Shown: positions 18,574 to 28,952 of the stretch, one piece after another | Numbering within the stretch: position 1 is the first letter of the stretch | How the letters are laid out: each line of letters begins with the position of its first letter | Assembly: GCA_943841885.1 (NCBI GenBank) | Contig: CALSZZ010000004.1 | Location: forward strand, 67,973 to 131,972 | Direction of reading: 5' to 3' | Origin: Candidatus Thalassarchaeaceae archaeon | GTDB taxonomy: Archaea; Thermoplasmatota; Poseidoniia; Poseidoniales; Thalassarchaeaceae | DNA length: 64,000 bases | The notes under the pieces: model-generated | Database searches by the model: none | The model's input: only the letters and a program-made list of their open reading frames with translations | What the model was told of the DNA's origin: nothing | Made by a program: the position numbers and the translations under genes

Positions 18574-21500
18574 ATGGAACAGTATCTACTTGAATGTCTA
18601 GATTCATTATCTCAGTCAGGAGATGATAAAACAAGGAGATTGAAAAGGGTCCAAAGGATCTCTGCATGGGATCTTTTAAGCAAAGAATGGCGGGCTTTAG
18701 TAGCATTAGCAGCTAAAAAAGAAAGTTTACCAGAGATTAATGAAAATACAAATGATAAAATGGCAAATATCAGTACAAATCGTAATAAAAAAATAGGCAG
18801 ACGAGGAGGGAAAGGCCTCAGGAGGAGTTTTGAAGATAATTTAGCACATCCACTAGAAATAATTGCATCTAATGAATCCGACGGTTATAAATTGGCTGTT
18901 TTAATTGCACAGAAAACAAAAATGGATAAATCATGGAATTTAAAATGGAATGATGAGTTAGATAAACTTAGGAAAATATGTGAAAAAGGGATACATCCAG
19001 TCTGGAGTAAATTAGCGCAAGAGGCAAATCTTTTTGCAGAACTTAGTAGATTTAAAATTACTCAAGAAAATATAATAAAGAAAGATTCTTCAATATGGAT
19101 TGAAAGTTCGTACTTTGATCCAGAAAATACTTTGCAAATGAAAGCATGGTTAGATATCAATTTACCTTTTAATGCAAAAACTGAACAATTAAAGGTTATT
19201 CAGAAGATAAAAAAAGATATGGCAAATAAACCTCGTTTCTCAGAATGGAGTAAATGGATGGATCCAGTTCTAAGAAATCAAGATAAAGAAATAGCACTAA
19301 TTGAAGGGATGCTGCTTGCATGCTCTAAACACAAAGATGCCGTTAGTGTTTTAGAAAATATATCTGATAAATCAACAATGGATGTAGCAAAAAAGCAAGT
19401 TAGACTATTAAAATTACGTGATGGTAATTTGAATAATTGGGAAGAAGATGCAAGGATAAAAGGGAAAGATTTGTTATCAGACGCCATCAGAACAACTGCA
19501 TGGAAACAAATTGGTAGCATTGATAGAAATTTATCAATTGATGATTTACGTTTTGGAATAATGGTTTTATCTGAATCGGAAAATGCTGTACCTGATTCTA
19601 TTGCCTGGAAATTGGCATATGAATTATATGAATCAGGAGAGATTAAACAGTCTCATAATGCTATAAAAGGATTAGAAATAATGAATAATGAACAACTTAA
19701 AACCGCATTAAGATTAAATTCTGAAGAAAATATGGATGATATAATAAATTTTTCTTTGAATAATTTAGATGGCGATGGCCTGTTAATGGTTGCAAAAAAT
19801 TTATCTTGTAGAAGTGAAACAAGGGTTGAAGCAGCAAAAAAGGTTTTGCAACTAGATACAATAAGATATATGAGTGATAGTTTGGATATTTTTACTGAAC
19901 TAGCCGATATAGACAATTTATCGAAAATCTTGATAGAAAATAAATCACTGGCCAAAGTATATCCGCAGCGTGTATTATTGGTTTGGCATATGATTACTGC
20001 AAAAAACACAAAGAATATTATTTCTGAATTATCTGATTTAAGAGAAGATGCTTTAGTTTCTATTTCAGAATCACCCGAAGAGTTGATTCTTTCCGATACG
20101 TCTAAAGCGCTGATATCTCTTCTTGATGGAATTCCAGATGATATTAGTGTCATACATGAAAAGTTGGATTCAGAGGGTTTATTGGCACTAAATGAAGTAC
20201 GCAGGGCATTATCTCCTGAAGGTGATAATATGGTTAGAACAAAAACAATACAGCGTCTTGAGGAGTCCATAGAAATAGCAGAACTTACTTACTTAGAGAG
20301 AGAATTATTCAAATCTCTAACTAATTCATTATTGTTAAATAGAGTAGCGATGGATGTAGAAAGTGGAATGTCCGATAGGATATTTGAAGCGAATCGAATA
20401 CTAACTTTGATTGCAGATAATGATAATATATCGATGCAAAGTATAAAATTTATTATTGAGATGATTGTTGAGCATGGAAAAATAATTGCGGAAGGAATTA
20501 ATCCTTTGGAAAAATGGTATAGGAAACATAACAATAATAGTTTAGAATCTAAACTTGTGAAGGCTACGATTCAAAGTTCACAGGGTAACTATTTAGAATC
20601 GGCAAGAGAATACCAAGAAGCAGCAAGAAAAGTTCAGCATGATTTTGAAAGATATGCATTAATAATGAGAAAAGCGTTGATTTCCTATGCACATGGAGGA
20701 GGATGGAGTGACTCGGTAAATCTAATTAACTCAAAACCTGCACTATCAGCCTCAGTTACAGAGAGATTTCAACTATATCTAAATGTTTGTAACGATGAAT
20801 TAGGAAATAAAAAAGATAAAGCAAGAAATAGATTACATGAATATGCCATAAAAGAAGTAGGCAGAGAAGTATCAGATATTAAAGAAAATAGAGGAGCACA
20901 GATAGAGGTTTTAGAGTTATTAATGAGATATCCAGAAGACTTAGATCCTCCACTACCAAAATCTCCATTTCAGGGCCGAGTAATGGCGGCGATAAGAGGA
21001 TTACAAAGAATAGATAATACACATAGATCTGAATTAGATTTAAAGTTTGAACAAGAGATGGCCAGAGATAAGAAGGATATTTATGAAATTCAATCAATAG
21101 CAAATCAAATAGCAGATTATACCCCCATCAGGGGATTACGTAAACTTGAAAGAGCCATGTCGTCTGAAGATTTATCAGAAAGAGAAAAAACAATATTGGA
21201 AAGGGTTGCAGGTGCAATGTTTGTTCAACATAGCGCATCTATTCCAATAAAAGAAAGGAATTCTTTACGTAATCTTTCACTTAAACCTGTAATAATTGTC
21301 GATACAAATATCTTAATTGATGCATTGAAAGACGATTTGTTGAGAGAGCTGACTGGAGATAGTTTTGGTAGCCTTAATTGGACTGTAGAACGTTCTTTTC
21401 ACTGGATGTTGAGAAGGAGAAGTAATGAAAATTTAGTGCTTATGAATATTCCTCCAATGATAAAATCAGAATTTCTAAATAGGGTTAAAACTCCAGAAAG

Positions 21501-21969
21501 TGTATTAAAGTTATTTTCTAGAAAAGTATATATTGATTCGAGTAAATGGAATGAAAAAATAACTAAAGAATTACTGGATAGTAGAGTTAAAAAAATATGT
21601 CAAGAATTTGGAAATTGGAAATGTAAAGTAGATAAAGATAAAATGAAAGATATTAAACTAGAAGATTTCTTGATACAACATAGAAATATATTTGATGAAA
21701 TTACTAAACAAAAAATGTCTAGAGGTGATAATTCGGGGAGAAGTATAATTAAAGGCTTAGAAATATATCCTGAAGGAGGAGATATGCAAATAATTCGTTA
21801 TGCTGCTGAATTATGTAATAATATAAATCCAGAGATTGGTAAAGTCATCATTGCAACAAGAGACAGTGATTTTAAACTAATTTCGAGATCTTTAGAAGAA
21901 GAATATGGTTTTGGAGTAGTCGGAGACGCACAGGAATTAAATAGAAGAGTTTTACAGAAAAAATTTTAA
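18574..21969 (+). CDS. large alpha-helical protein with a C-terminal PIN-like nuclease domain
   Basis: 1131 aa. In residues 1 to ~900 I see no nucleotide-binding or catalytic motif, and the composition is helical. The last 228 aa (nt 21283-21966) carry PIN-type acidic residues in order: IIVDTNILID, MIKSEF, EGGDMQII, IIATRDSDF. Confidence 0.65.
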   Translation: MEQYLLECLDSLSQSGDDKTRRLKRVQRISAWDLLSKEWRALVALAAKKESLPEINENTNDKMANISTNRNKKIGRRGGKGLRRSFEDNLAHPLEIIASNESDGYKLAVLIAQKTKMDKSWNLKWNDELDKLRKICEKGIHPVWSKLAQEANLFAELSRFKITQENIIKKDSSIWIESSYFDPENTLQMKAWLDINLPFNAKTEQLKVIQKIKKDMANKPRFSEWSKWMDPVLRNQDKEIALIEGMLLACSKHKDAVSVLENISDKSTMDVAKKQVRLLKLRDGNLNNWEEDARIKGKDLLSDAIRTTAWKQIGSIDRNLSIDDLRFGIMVLSESENAVPDSIAWKLAYELYESGEIKQSHNAIKGLEIMNNEQLKTALRLNSEENMDDIINFSLNNLDGDGLLMVAKNLSCRSETRVEAAKKVLQLDTIRYMSDSLDIFTELADIDNLSKILIENKSLAKVYPQRVLLVWHMITAKNTKNIISELSDLREDALVSISESPEELILSDTSKALISLLDGIPDDISVIHEKLDSEGLLALNEVRRALSPEGDNMVRTKTIQRLEESIEIAELTYLERELFKSLTNSLLLNRVAMDVESGMSDRIFEANRILTLIADNDNISMQSIKFIIEMIVEHGKIIAEGINPLEKWYRKHNNNSLESKLVKATIQSSQGNYLESAREYQEAARKVQHDFERYALIMRKALISYAHGGGWSDSVNLINSKPALSASVTERFQLYLNVCNDELGNKKDKARNRLHEYAIKEVGREVSDIKENRGAQIEVLELLMRYPEDLDPPLPKSPFQGRVMAAIRGLQRIDNTHRSELDLKFEQEMARDKKDIYEIQSIANQIADYTPIRGLRKLERAMSSEDLSEREKTILERVAGAMFVQHSASIPIKERNSLRNLSLKPVIIVDTNILIDALKDDLLRELTGDSFGSLNWTVERSFHWMLRRRSNENLVLMNIPPMIKSEFLNRVKTPESVLKLFSRKVYIDSSKWNEKITKELLDSRVKKICQEFGNWKCKVDKDKMKDIKLEDFLIQHRNIFDEITKQKMSRGDNSGRSIIKGLEIYPEGGDMQIIRYAAELCNNINPEIGKVIIATRDSDFKLISRSLEEEYGFGVVGDAQELNRRVLQKKF

Positions 21970-23003
21970 TTTATCTGCTTTAAAAACCATTTTTCTAATA
22001 TTTTTCTTCTCTCAATTGTGTCTATGGATGATGTGTGTGGCATGGAATCCAGAACAAATATTTCAGAAATATCTTCATAGTGTTTTTTTAGTAATTCGAA
22101 ATGATCATTACCAAGAGTTTCATCATTACCTGCTTGGATAACTAATATTGGTACTTTAGGAATACCCCAAAAAGGAATTTGGGCGTTGGCATACCCTACA
22201 TTCAAATCAGGATGTATACGTTGATACTCTCTTCTCAGAATATGCCTGACCCAAGAATTAGCTATCACTGCTCTTCCTGGTAATTTTTTTTCTATAACTA
22301 ATGGAAAAGATGTTGCAGGAGATTCTAATATTATTCCTCTGAGGACTTTGTCCCACCAACCAGAAGAATGTGATGAAAGTCTAATTGTAAGAAATCCCCC
22401 CATAGAATGGCCATAAATCCATAAATTTTCTGGAATATATCCCAAAATAGATGGAATTTTCTCTAATAACAATTCAATATCAGCTATTACCTTTAGAATT
22501 GTCCACTCATACTTTCCCTTTTGTTCACCAAAACCCCGCTGATCTAAACTGAAAATATTTGGCCCCAATGTATTCATGTGTTGACATCTTGATTCTCCTC
22601 TACCTAAACTTGAATTATATCCGTGTAAATACAATATCACGTCTTTACTATTATTTTCTGATGCTAAAAAATGTGCATTTAGTTTTTCTTCCCCCCAACC
22701 TAAAAATGTAAATGGTTTCCAACGGATATCAGTAATATTAGTTAATTCCCTTGAAGGGGTAATAAAAACTGAAGAATATATTCTCCATCTCATAAATAAC
22801 CAACCTGCAATTGGTATTGAGGCTCCAAAAAGAACCCAAGAAATACGATATGTGCGCATTATTGGAAAAATACTAAGCATCATCAACTGAATTAATATCA
22901 ATGCAGTTAGAACTTTCGGTTTGCTTGGTAAAAGAGGTTTTGGAGTTTTTTGATACACTGCTGCTTTGAGTCTTGCTGTACGACTATGTTTCAAATTATT
23001 CAT
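21966..23003 (-). CDS. alpha/beta hydrolase with an N-terminal membrane anchor
   Basis: HG oxyanion motif (YLHGYNSS), nucleophile elbow GHSMGG, then AGNDE and MPH. Two N-terminal hydrophobic helices. It is the last gene of the beta-oxidation operon. Confidence 0.75.
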   Translation of the reverse strand: MNNLKHSRTARLKAAVYQKTPKPLLPSKPKVLTALILIQLMMLSIFPIMRTYRISWVLFGASIPIAGWLFMRWRIYSSVFITPSRELTNITDIRWKPFTFLGWGEEKLNAHFLASENNSKDVILYLHGYNSSLGRGESRCQHMNTLGPNIFSLDQRGFGEQKGKYEWTILKVIADIELLLEKIPSILGYIPENLWIYGHSMGGFLTIRLSSHSSGWWDKVLRGIILESPATSFPLVIEKKLPGRAVIANSWVRHILRREYQRIHPDLNVGYANAQIPFWGIPKVPILVIQAGNDETLGNDHFELLKKHYEDISEIFVLDSMPHTSSIDTIERRKILEKWFLKQIN

Positions 23004-23018
23004 CTATAATATCTCCTT

Positions 23019-24017
23019 TCAAATAGATTGGCCCAATCTTTCCATAATAATTCTGGCTGATTCAATACTATTTACTGTTTCAACACTCTTTCCTGCAGAC
23101 CACAAATCCTTAGATGATTTGCTTTTTCCTTTGGAAAATGCCCTCATTCGCCAGAAAGAGAGTCCAGTTATAATAACTCTAACTTTATGTTTTAATCTAC
23201 TTTTTAGAAGAGTACGCACTAACCATGAGTTTTGTTGTTTAAACTTACTATTATTGATTACTGAGATTGGTACCCCGGTTAATTTAGTTGTCCAAGTAAT
23301 ATCATCTTCTTTCGCTTTGACAATAGCATCCTTGTAGTCATCTGGTGTATTACATTCGTATGTGGCAATGAATCTGGTACCCATTTGTACTCCATCATAT
23401 CCTACTTGTAATGCTTTTCTTAATTCAATTTCACTGCCTATTCCTCCTGCACAAATTAATGGAAGCTGCATATCTGAAAGTTGCTCATAAATTTCTTCCA
23501 TAGTTAATTCGCCTAAATGACCTCCTGCCCTGTCATTAACACATATTAATCCATCTACACCGCACATCTTGCCTTTTTCTGCCCATTTTCTATTGGTGAC
23601 ATCATGGTAAACTACACCACCTTTGGCATGAACTTTTTCACAGACCCAGTCAGGTTTACCTAAAGAAGTAACAAAAAATCTAACCCCCTCCTCAAGTGCA
23701 ACATCAATCCATTCTGACATTTGTTTGAAATATTTCTCGCTACCTTTTTCTATAAGAGCGTTAAATCCTAGGGGTTTATTCGTAAGCGTTCGGATATATC
23801 TAATTCCTGCTCTAAGGCCTTCTTTACGATTTGGCTTATCAAATCCATGTACCATTGTCAATGAAACAGGTTGTATAATGCCAATACCTCCTCCTTCCGA
23901 AGCAGCAGCAACTAATTCTGGATTGGAGCAAGGGTACATTGCACCACATATTATTGGATACTTTACGCCAATATCTTTCGTCAGTCTTGTAGTTACCAAT
24001 GTATCACTCTCCTTCAA
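23019..24017 (-). CDS. nitronate monooxygenase / FabK-like FMN oxidoreductase (NMO family)
   Basis: YPIICGAMYPCSNPELVAAASEGGGIGII, ICAGGIGS and GVQMGTRFIAT are present. Confidence 0.75.
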   Translation of the reverse strand: MKESDTLVTTRLTKDIGVKYPIICGAMYPCSNPELVAAASEGGGIGIIQPVSLTMVHGFDKPNRKEGLRAGIRYIRTLTNKPLGFNALIEKGSEKYFKQMSEWIDVALEEGVRFFVTSLGKPDWVCEKVHAKGGVVYHDVTNRKWAEKGKMCGVDGLICVNDRAGGHLGELTMEEIYEQLSDMQLPLICAGGIGSEIELRKALQVGYDGVQMGTRFIATYECNTPDDYKDAIVKAKEDDITWTTKLTGVPISVINNSKFKQQNSWLVRTLLKSRLKHKVRVIITGLSFWRMRAFSKGKSKSSKDLWSAGKSVETVNSIESARIIMERLGQSI

Positions 24018-24513
24018 TTACTAAAAAATTCCACTTGAATACCCATTCGGAAACTACATCCCCAGACTTGTCTGTTGCAACTGAAACCAAGTCACATTCG
24101 ACTGATTTTCCTGTAAGTATACTTTCTTTAATCGCATCTCTAGTTTTAGAATTATCTTTACATGTGAAGATAATTTTACCTTTCGCTCTTTTGGTGAAAG
24201 TTGCTTCAGTACCAATAACAAACATTCTGAGTTTATTAGACATCGATTTTGATAATGCAAATGAAGCAGCCCCAGTACTTAATTCCGCGCCCATTCCTTG
24301 TACTGCCCAATACATTGTCTTAAATGGATTTTGAGATCTCCATCCCCCAGGTAAAGAGGTCACACAAAGATTGTCATCTAATTGTATGATTTTTAAGCCC
24401 GCCAGCCAAGCCGTTGGCATTGAAAGGGCGGTAAAAAGCCTAAATCTTGGCCCTTTTAATAAATTTTTATATTCAGAAAGTAATTTTTTTTGATCAAATA
24501 ACACCATAATCAC
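24004..24513 (-). CDS. hotdog-fold thioesterase-like protein (DUF4442-like)
   Basis: 169 aa. WRSQNPFKTMYWAVQGMGAELSTGAASF resembles the DUF4442 / PaaI-type hotdog pattern. It is embedded in the acyl-CoA operon. Confidence 0.5.
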   Translation of the reverse strand: MIMVLFDQKKLLSEYKNLLKGPRFRLFTALSMPTAWLAGLKIIQLDDNLCVTSLPGGWRSQNPFKTMYWAVQGMGAELSTGAASFALSKSMSNKLRMFVIGTEATFTKRAKGKIIFTCKDNSKTRDAIKESILTGKSVECDLVSVATDKSGDVVSEWVFKWNFLVIEGE

Positions 24514-24788
24514 TAATCCATACTAACTAATTGATCTACTACTTCACAATACTTAGTCATTGCATCAAATTCTGATGTTCCAAGTATAGAATTCCAAGCT
24601 TTCCATTTTGCTCTATCTCTTATACCACCACTTGCCTTATCAACACAATCTCCCTCGTTTGCCTGCTTGTATAAAGCATATAATTTCAGAAGAAATTCAT
24701 TTGAAGGTTTAGAAGAAAGTTTTTGTACTTTTTTACTTGCACGTTGAAACTTAATTCTGAGTGATTGGTTAACTTTCTGAAGCATCAC
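24513..24788 (-). CDS. acyl-CoA-binding protein (ACBP)
   Basis: 91 aa. KPSNEFLLKLYALYKQANEGDC and RAKWKAWNSILGTSEFDAMTKY are ACBP hallmarks. It has an ATGA overlap with the upstream ACAD gene. Confidence 0.8.
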   Translation of the reverse strand: MMLQKVNQSLRIKFQRASKKVQKLSSKPSNEFLLKLYALYKQANEGDCVDKASGGIRDRAKWKAWNSILGTSEFDAMTKYCEVVDQLVSMD

Positions 24789-26599
24789 ATCATCTCCACA
24801 GGATAGTCCATCAGTGTCTTGTGACCTGCCTGTATTTTTGCTGCAAGACCTATTGTCTCAGGAAATATTTTTTTGAAAAAGAAACGTGCACTCGCAATTT
24901 TAGCATCATAATACGGTTCTCCTTTTTTTGTTATCGAAATCTTGGCTATTTTGGCCCACATATAAGCAAGTAATACATTCCCAAAATATCTACAATAATC
25001 CGTAGCACCTGCTGCAAGGAAATGCGGGTTTACCTGTCCTTCGGCGATCATGAGTAATGTCAATTGTTGTAACCCTTTTACGCCTTGGTGAAGAGGTTTA
25101 TTGAACTCAGTTAATTCTTTAATGTGCTTGTTTTCATTGATAAAATCCGTCATTGGCCATAAGAGATGCCTTAGATTCTTGCCTAAATTTTCTGTAACCT
25201 TTCTTCCTGCTAGATCTAATGCTTGGATTCCATTGGTGCCTTCCCAAATTTTTGATATTCTTACGTCACGATAGAATTGCTCCACGCCATATTCCGTACA
25301 ATAACCTGCACCTCCCATTACTTGCATACAGGTACTTACGGTTTCACAACCAAGATCAGTAAAATGAGCTTTGACAATTGGCGTAAATAAAGCAACTAAT
25401 GCTGTTGCCATTTCTGCTTCCTTCTTATCTTCACTTTTAGATTGGTCAAGAAGCACTCCTGTCCATGCCGCAAGGGCTCGGCATCCTTCATTATTGACCT
25501 TGGCTTCCAAAAGCATCCTACGGACATCTGGATGTACGAGAATGTTATCTGCTACTTTATTTGGTTCTTGCATGCCTTTAATATCTCTTCCCTGACGTCT
25601 TTCTTTTGACCATGATAATGCATTTTGATAAGCAATTTCTGCTAATCCTATACCCATCATCCCAGTAGCTAATCGTTCTCTATTCATCATCTCAAACATC
25701 AAAGGCATTCCATTGTAAAGGTCGCCAACTCTCCATCCACAACTTTGATTGAAGTTCATGACGCAAGTGGGCGAAGCATGAACTCCCATCTTTTCTTCAC
25801 TACCAGAACAGGTTACACCATTATGATGTGATTTAAGTTGATGAGATAGTTGAGAAAGGCCTTCCGATTTCCATTCAGAGGGCATATATTTTGGAACTAA
25901 GAATAAAGAGATACCTTTCGTTCCTTCTGGTGCATCTGGAGTTTTAGCTAAAACTAGATGTACGATATTTTCAGTCATATCATGTTCTCCATATGTAATA
26001 AAAATCTTAGTTCCTGAGATTAAATAAGTACCGTCTTTTTGAGGGACTGCTTTTGTTGATATCATTCCTAGATCGGTGCCTGCATGCGGTTCGGTGAGAC
26101 ACATTGTACCTGACCATTTGCCTGTGGCTAAATTTGTAGCAAAATAATCAATAAGTTCCTTTGCTCCATGTTCAGCCAATACATCGTAAACTCCTAATGA
26201 AAGTGCCGGCAATACACTTAATGCCATATTAGTAGAAGTCCCAAATTCAGCCCAAATAACAGTTTGAAAGAAAATTGGAACACCCATTCCGCCATGCTCA
26301 GGTTTACATGAAGTTGATAACCATCCTGCCTCTACACTATCTCTGTATGCATTTTTGAATTCTTGAGGCATTATTATTTTACCATCATTAAATTCTAAAC
26401 CATCTCTATCACCTAATTGATTAACAGGTAGCCAGACTTCTTTTGCATGTTCAGCCCAGCCCTCAGTAAGCATAGACAAAAATTCTCTATCAAATTCAGA
26501 ATAGCCTAAATTTTGGACTATGGGTATTGCATCTAATACTTCATTTATTAGGAATTCGTAATCTCTTTTTGGAGCATTATATTCTACCATCTTTCTCAC
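24785..26599 (-). CDS. long-form acyl-CoA dehydrogenase
   Basis: 604 aa with ACAD N, middle and C regions (CLTEPHAGTDLG, YLISGTKIFIT, GGAGYCTEYGVEQFYRDVRISKIWEGTNGIQ) plus a C-terminal extension. Confidence 0.85.
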   Translation of the reverse strand: MRKMVEYNAPKRDYEFLINEVLDAIPIVQNLGYSEFDREFLSMLTEGWAEHAKEVWLPVNQLGDRDGLEFNDGKIIMPQEFKNAYRDSVEAGWLSTSCKPEHGGMGVPIFFQTVIWAEFGTSTNMALSVLPALSLGVYDVLAEHGAKELIDYFATNLATGKWSGTMCLTEPHAGTDLGMISTKAVPQKDGTYLISGTKIFITYGEHDMTENIVHLVLAKTPDAPEGTKGISLFLVPKYMPSEWKSEGLSQLSHQLKSHHNGVTCSGSEEKMGVHASPTCVMNFNQSCGWRVGDLYNGMPLMFEMMNRERLATGMMGIGLAEIAYQNALSWSKERRQGRDIKGMQEPNKVADNILVHPDVRRMLLEAKVNNEGCRALAAWTGVLLDQSKSEDKKEAEMATALVALFTPIVKAHFTDLGCETVSTCMQVMGGAGYCTEYGVEQFYRDVRISKIWEGTNGIQALDLAGRKVTENLGKNLRHLLWPMTDFINENKHIKELTEFNKPLHQGVKGLQQLTLLMIAEGQVNPHFLAAGATDYCRYFGNVLLAYMWAKIAKISITKKGEPYYDAKIASARFFFKKIFPETIGLAAKIQAGHKTLMDYPVEMM

Positions 26600-26600
26600 C

Positions 26601-28946
26601 TCAATTTCTTAGGGGTTTGCCCGTCTCAAGCATATGCTGCATTCTATCTAAAGTGTCAGTATTTTTTGCTAATGCTGTTATTGCATTCTTCTCCATTAAC
26701 AGAATGTCATCTTCATCTAGTGACTCTGTAATATCGGTATTTCCACCAGTCAAAATTCCTGCAAGTGCATTTGTTACAACAACATCATGAGGAGTGGCCT
26801 TACCAGATAATTTGAGATCATTGACAGCTAATTCTAATGCTGCTTTTCCTGTTGGCCCTGGTAATGAGTATGTTCTTGGTTCTGGAGGAGAATATTTTAC
26901 TGACAATTGAATAAGTGTTTTCTTAGCATCATAAAGTAACCTATCTCTATTCATTGTTATGCGATCATTGGGACCTAAGAAACCCATAGAACGTGCTTGA
27001 TACGCAGATTTAGCTACCTGAGCTGTACCTATTACTTCGAATGCTTTCATAACAGCACCCATTGGGCCGTTTGAAACTAAACCAAATTCTTTTACGCGCC
27101 CTAAATATTCCTTACACCCTCCCCATGCTGGTATTATCCCTACACCTACTTCTACAAGTCCCACATAAGACTCTGAATGTGCCTGAACCGCATCACAATG
27201 CATCAATACTTCTGCCCCTCCGCCCAAACATAGACCTGTAGAAGCGGCCACAATAGGCACTTCAGAATATTTTAATGTCTGATAAGTATCTTGACCTAAG
27301 GCGATAAAGTCGTCCAAATCTTTCCAGGCAGCTAAATTAGCTGCAAATAATGCTAATCCTAAATTAGCACCTGCACAAAAGTTTATTCCATCGTTTCCTA
27401 TAACAACTCCTTTCCAATCCTCACTTTCTGCCATATCTACTGCATCAAGAAGCATTTCCATATTCATAGGATCCATAGCATTCATTTTGGTATGATATTC
27501 CACTAGTAAAACTTCATCTCCCATATCCCATATACTGGCAGAACTATTTTTCTTCAATGGCTTTCCACGGCGTTTGAGATCAGCTACTGTTATGCAATCT
27601 TCTGTTCTTTCAACCGTAATCATTTCTCCTTCAGGAGATAATCTAGTAATTTCTCCAGATTCGATGCCATAGAAAGTACCTTTTTCTGCTGCTAAAGAAA
27701 GAAAAGGTGGGATTGATTTATGAGATTCTTCCAGTCTTTTAACGATATATTTTAGTCCTATGGCATCCATCATTTCAAAAGGTCCTTTTTTCCAACTATA
27801 TCCAACCTTCATAGCACCATCGATTGCATAAATATCATCACTTACTTCAGGAACAATATATGCTGCATACGACAGGAAATCAAGTAGAATTTCTTTTACA
27901 AACTTGGCACCTTTGTCGTCACAATCCATTATTGCATTCAATCCAAATTTTCCCATTTTAGCAGATGGAAATCCTGCTTTACGTTTTGCTGTATTGTATT
28001 CACCTGAGATTAAATTTCTTGCTTCTTTTATTTTCTTTCCGTTTTTTATGCTAAGACGATAAAAGCCACCCTTACCTTTCCGACCGGTATATCCTTCTTC
28101 GATCATAGAAATTATAGCATCTTTTCCAGTTCCAGCGATTTGATGGAATGGATCATTTTGAGGTAGATGTGAAACTAAACTTCCTGTTACATGAGGAATT
28201 AAATCTATGCCTACTAGGTCCATTAATGCAAATACAGCGGTTTTTGGTAAGCCTATTGGCCTTCCTAACATTGCATCTGCTTGTTCAATTGAGAAGCCAT
28301 GGTCAATAGTTGCTTTGTATGCACGTTGAATAAAATAAATTCCTAGCCTATTACCAATAAATCCAGGGCTATCGTTACACATAATGACTCTTTTACCTAA
28401 ATCAAGATGTGCAAAAGTACAAAATTTATCTAATGCCTCTTTTTTTACATTTTGTGAACTGACTATTTCGAGTAGTGGTAAATACCTTGGTGGATTAAAA
28501 AAGTGTGTAATTAAAAATCTTGATGATAGGTCATTTGTCATACCTGAAACAAGTTCTGAGCGTGGTATTGTAGAAGTGTTTGATGATAGTATTGTTTCAG
28601 GACCTATATTATTAGCAAGATTTTTGTATAAATTCTTTTTTACTTCTATATTTTCTACTATTACCTCAATTACCCAATCAAAATCTTTCAATTTACATAA
28701 ATCATCCTCTACATTACCTGGAGTTATTAAGTTAGCATTTTTCTTTTCCATCAACATTTCTGGATTAGATTTATGCATTTTCTTTATTGCATCTTTTGCA
28801 ATAATATTTCTATCATAAGAATTATTCGGAATTATATCAAGAAGAAGAACTTCACATCCGGCATTTGCACAATGGGCGGCTATTCCTGAGCCCATCACTC
28901 CACTGCCAATAACGGCTACCTTTTTTATTGGTTTAGGCATAGTCAC
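26601..28946 (-). CDS. bifunctional 3-hydroxyacyl-CoA dehydrogenase / enoyl-CoA hydratase (FadN-type order)
   Basis: N-terminal Rossmann fold VAVIGSGVMGSGIAAHCANAG and the HAD C-domain. The C-terminal crotonase fold has FCAGANLG and GLCLGGGAEV. Confidence 0.85.
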   Translation of the reverse strand: MTMPKPIKKVAVIGSGVMGSGIAAHCANAGCEVLLLDIIPNNSYDRNIIAKDAIKKMHKSNPEMLMEKKNANLITPGNVEDDLCKLKDFDWVIEVIVENIEVKKNLYKNLANNIGPETILSSNTSTIPRSELVSGMTNDLSSRFLITHFFNPPRYLPLLEIVSSQNVKKEALDKFCTFAHLDLGKRVIMCNDSPGFIGNRLGIYFIQRAYKATIDHGFSIEQADAMLGRPIGLPKTAVFALMDLVGIDLIPHVTGSLVSHLPQNDPFHQIAGTGKDAIISMIEEGYTGRKGKGGFYRLSIKNGKKIKEARNLISGEYNTAKRKAGFPSAKMGKFGLNAIMDCDDKGAKFVKEILLDFLSYAAYIVPEVSDDIYAIDGAMKVGYSWKKGPFEMMDAIGLKYIVKRLEESHKSIPPFLSLAAEKGTFYGIESGEITRLSPEGEMITVERTEDCITVADLKRRGKPLKKNSSASIWDMGDEVLLVEYHTKMNAMDPMNMEMLLDAVDMAESEDWKGVVIGNDGINFCAGANLGLALFAANLAAWKDLDDFIALGQDTYQTLKYSEVPIVAASTGLCLGGGAEVLMHCDAVQAHSESYVGLVEVGVGIIPAWGGCKEYLGRVKEFGLVSNGPMGAVMKAFEVIGTAQVAKSAYQARSMGFLGPNDRITMNRDRLLYDAKKTLIQLSVKYSPPEPRTYSLPGPTGKAALELAVNDLKLSGKATPHDVVVTNALAGILTGGNTDITESLDEDDILLMEKNAITALAKNTDTLDRMQHMLETGKPLRN

Positions 28947-28952
28947 ACTTCC

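Noticed and set aside
19653-20270. 205-aa minus-strand ORF inside the PIN-domain gene
   Set aside because: It is an AT-rich antisense frame with Ser/Ile/Phe-rich low-complexity sequence and no start context. It is contained within a longer coherent ORF.
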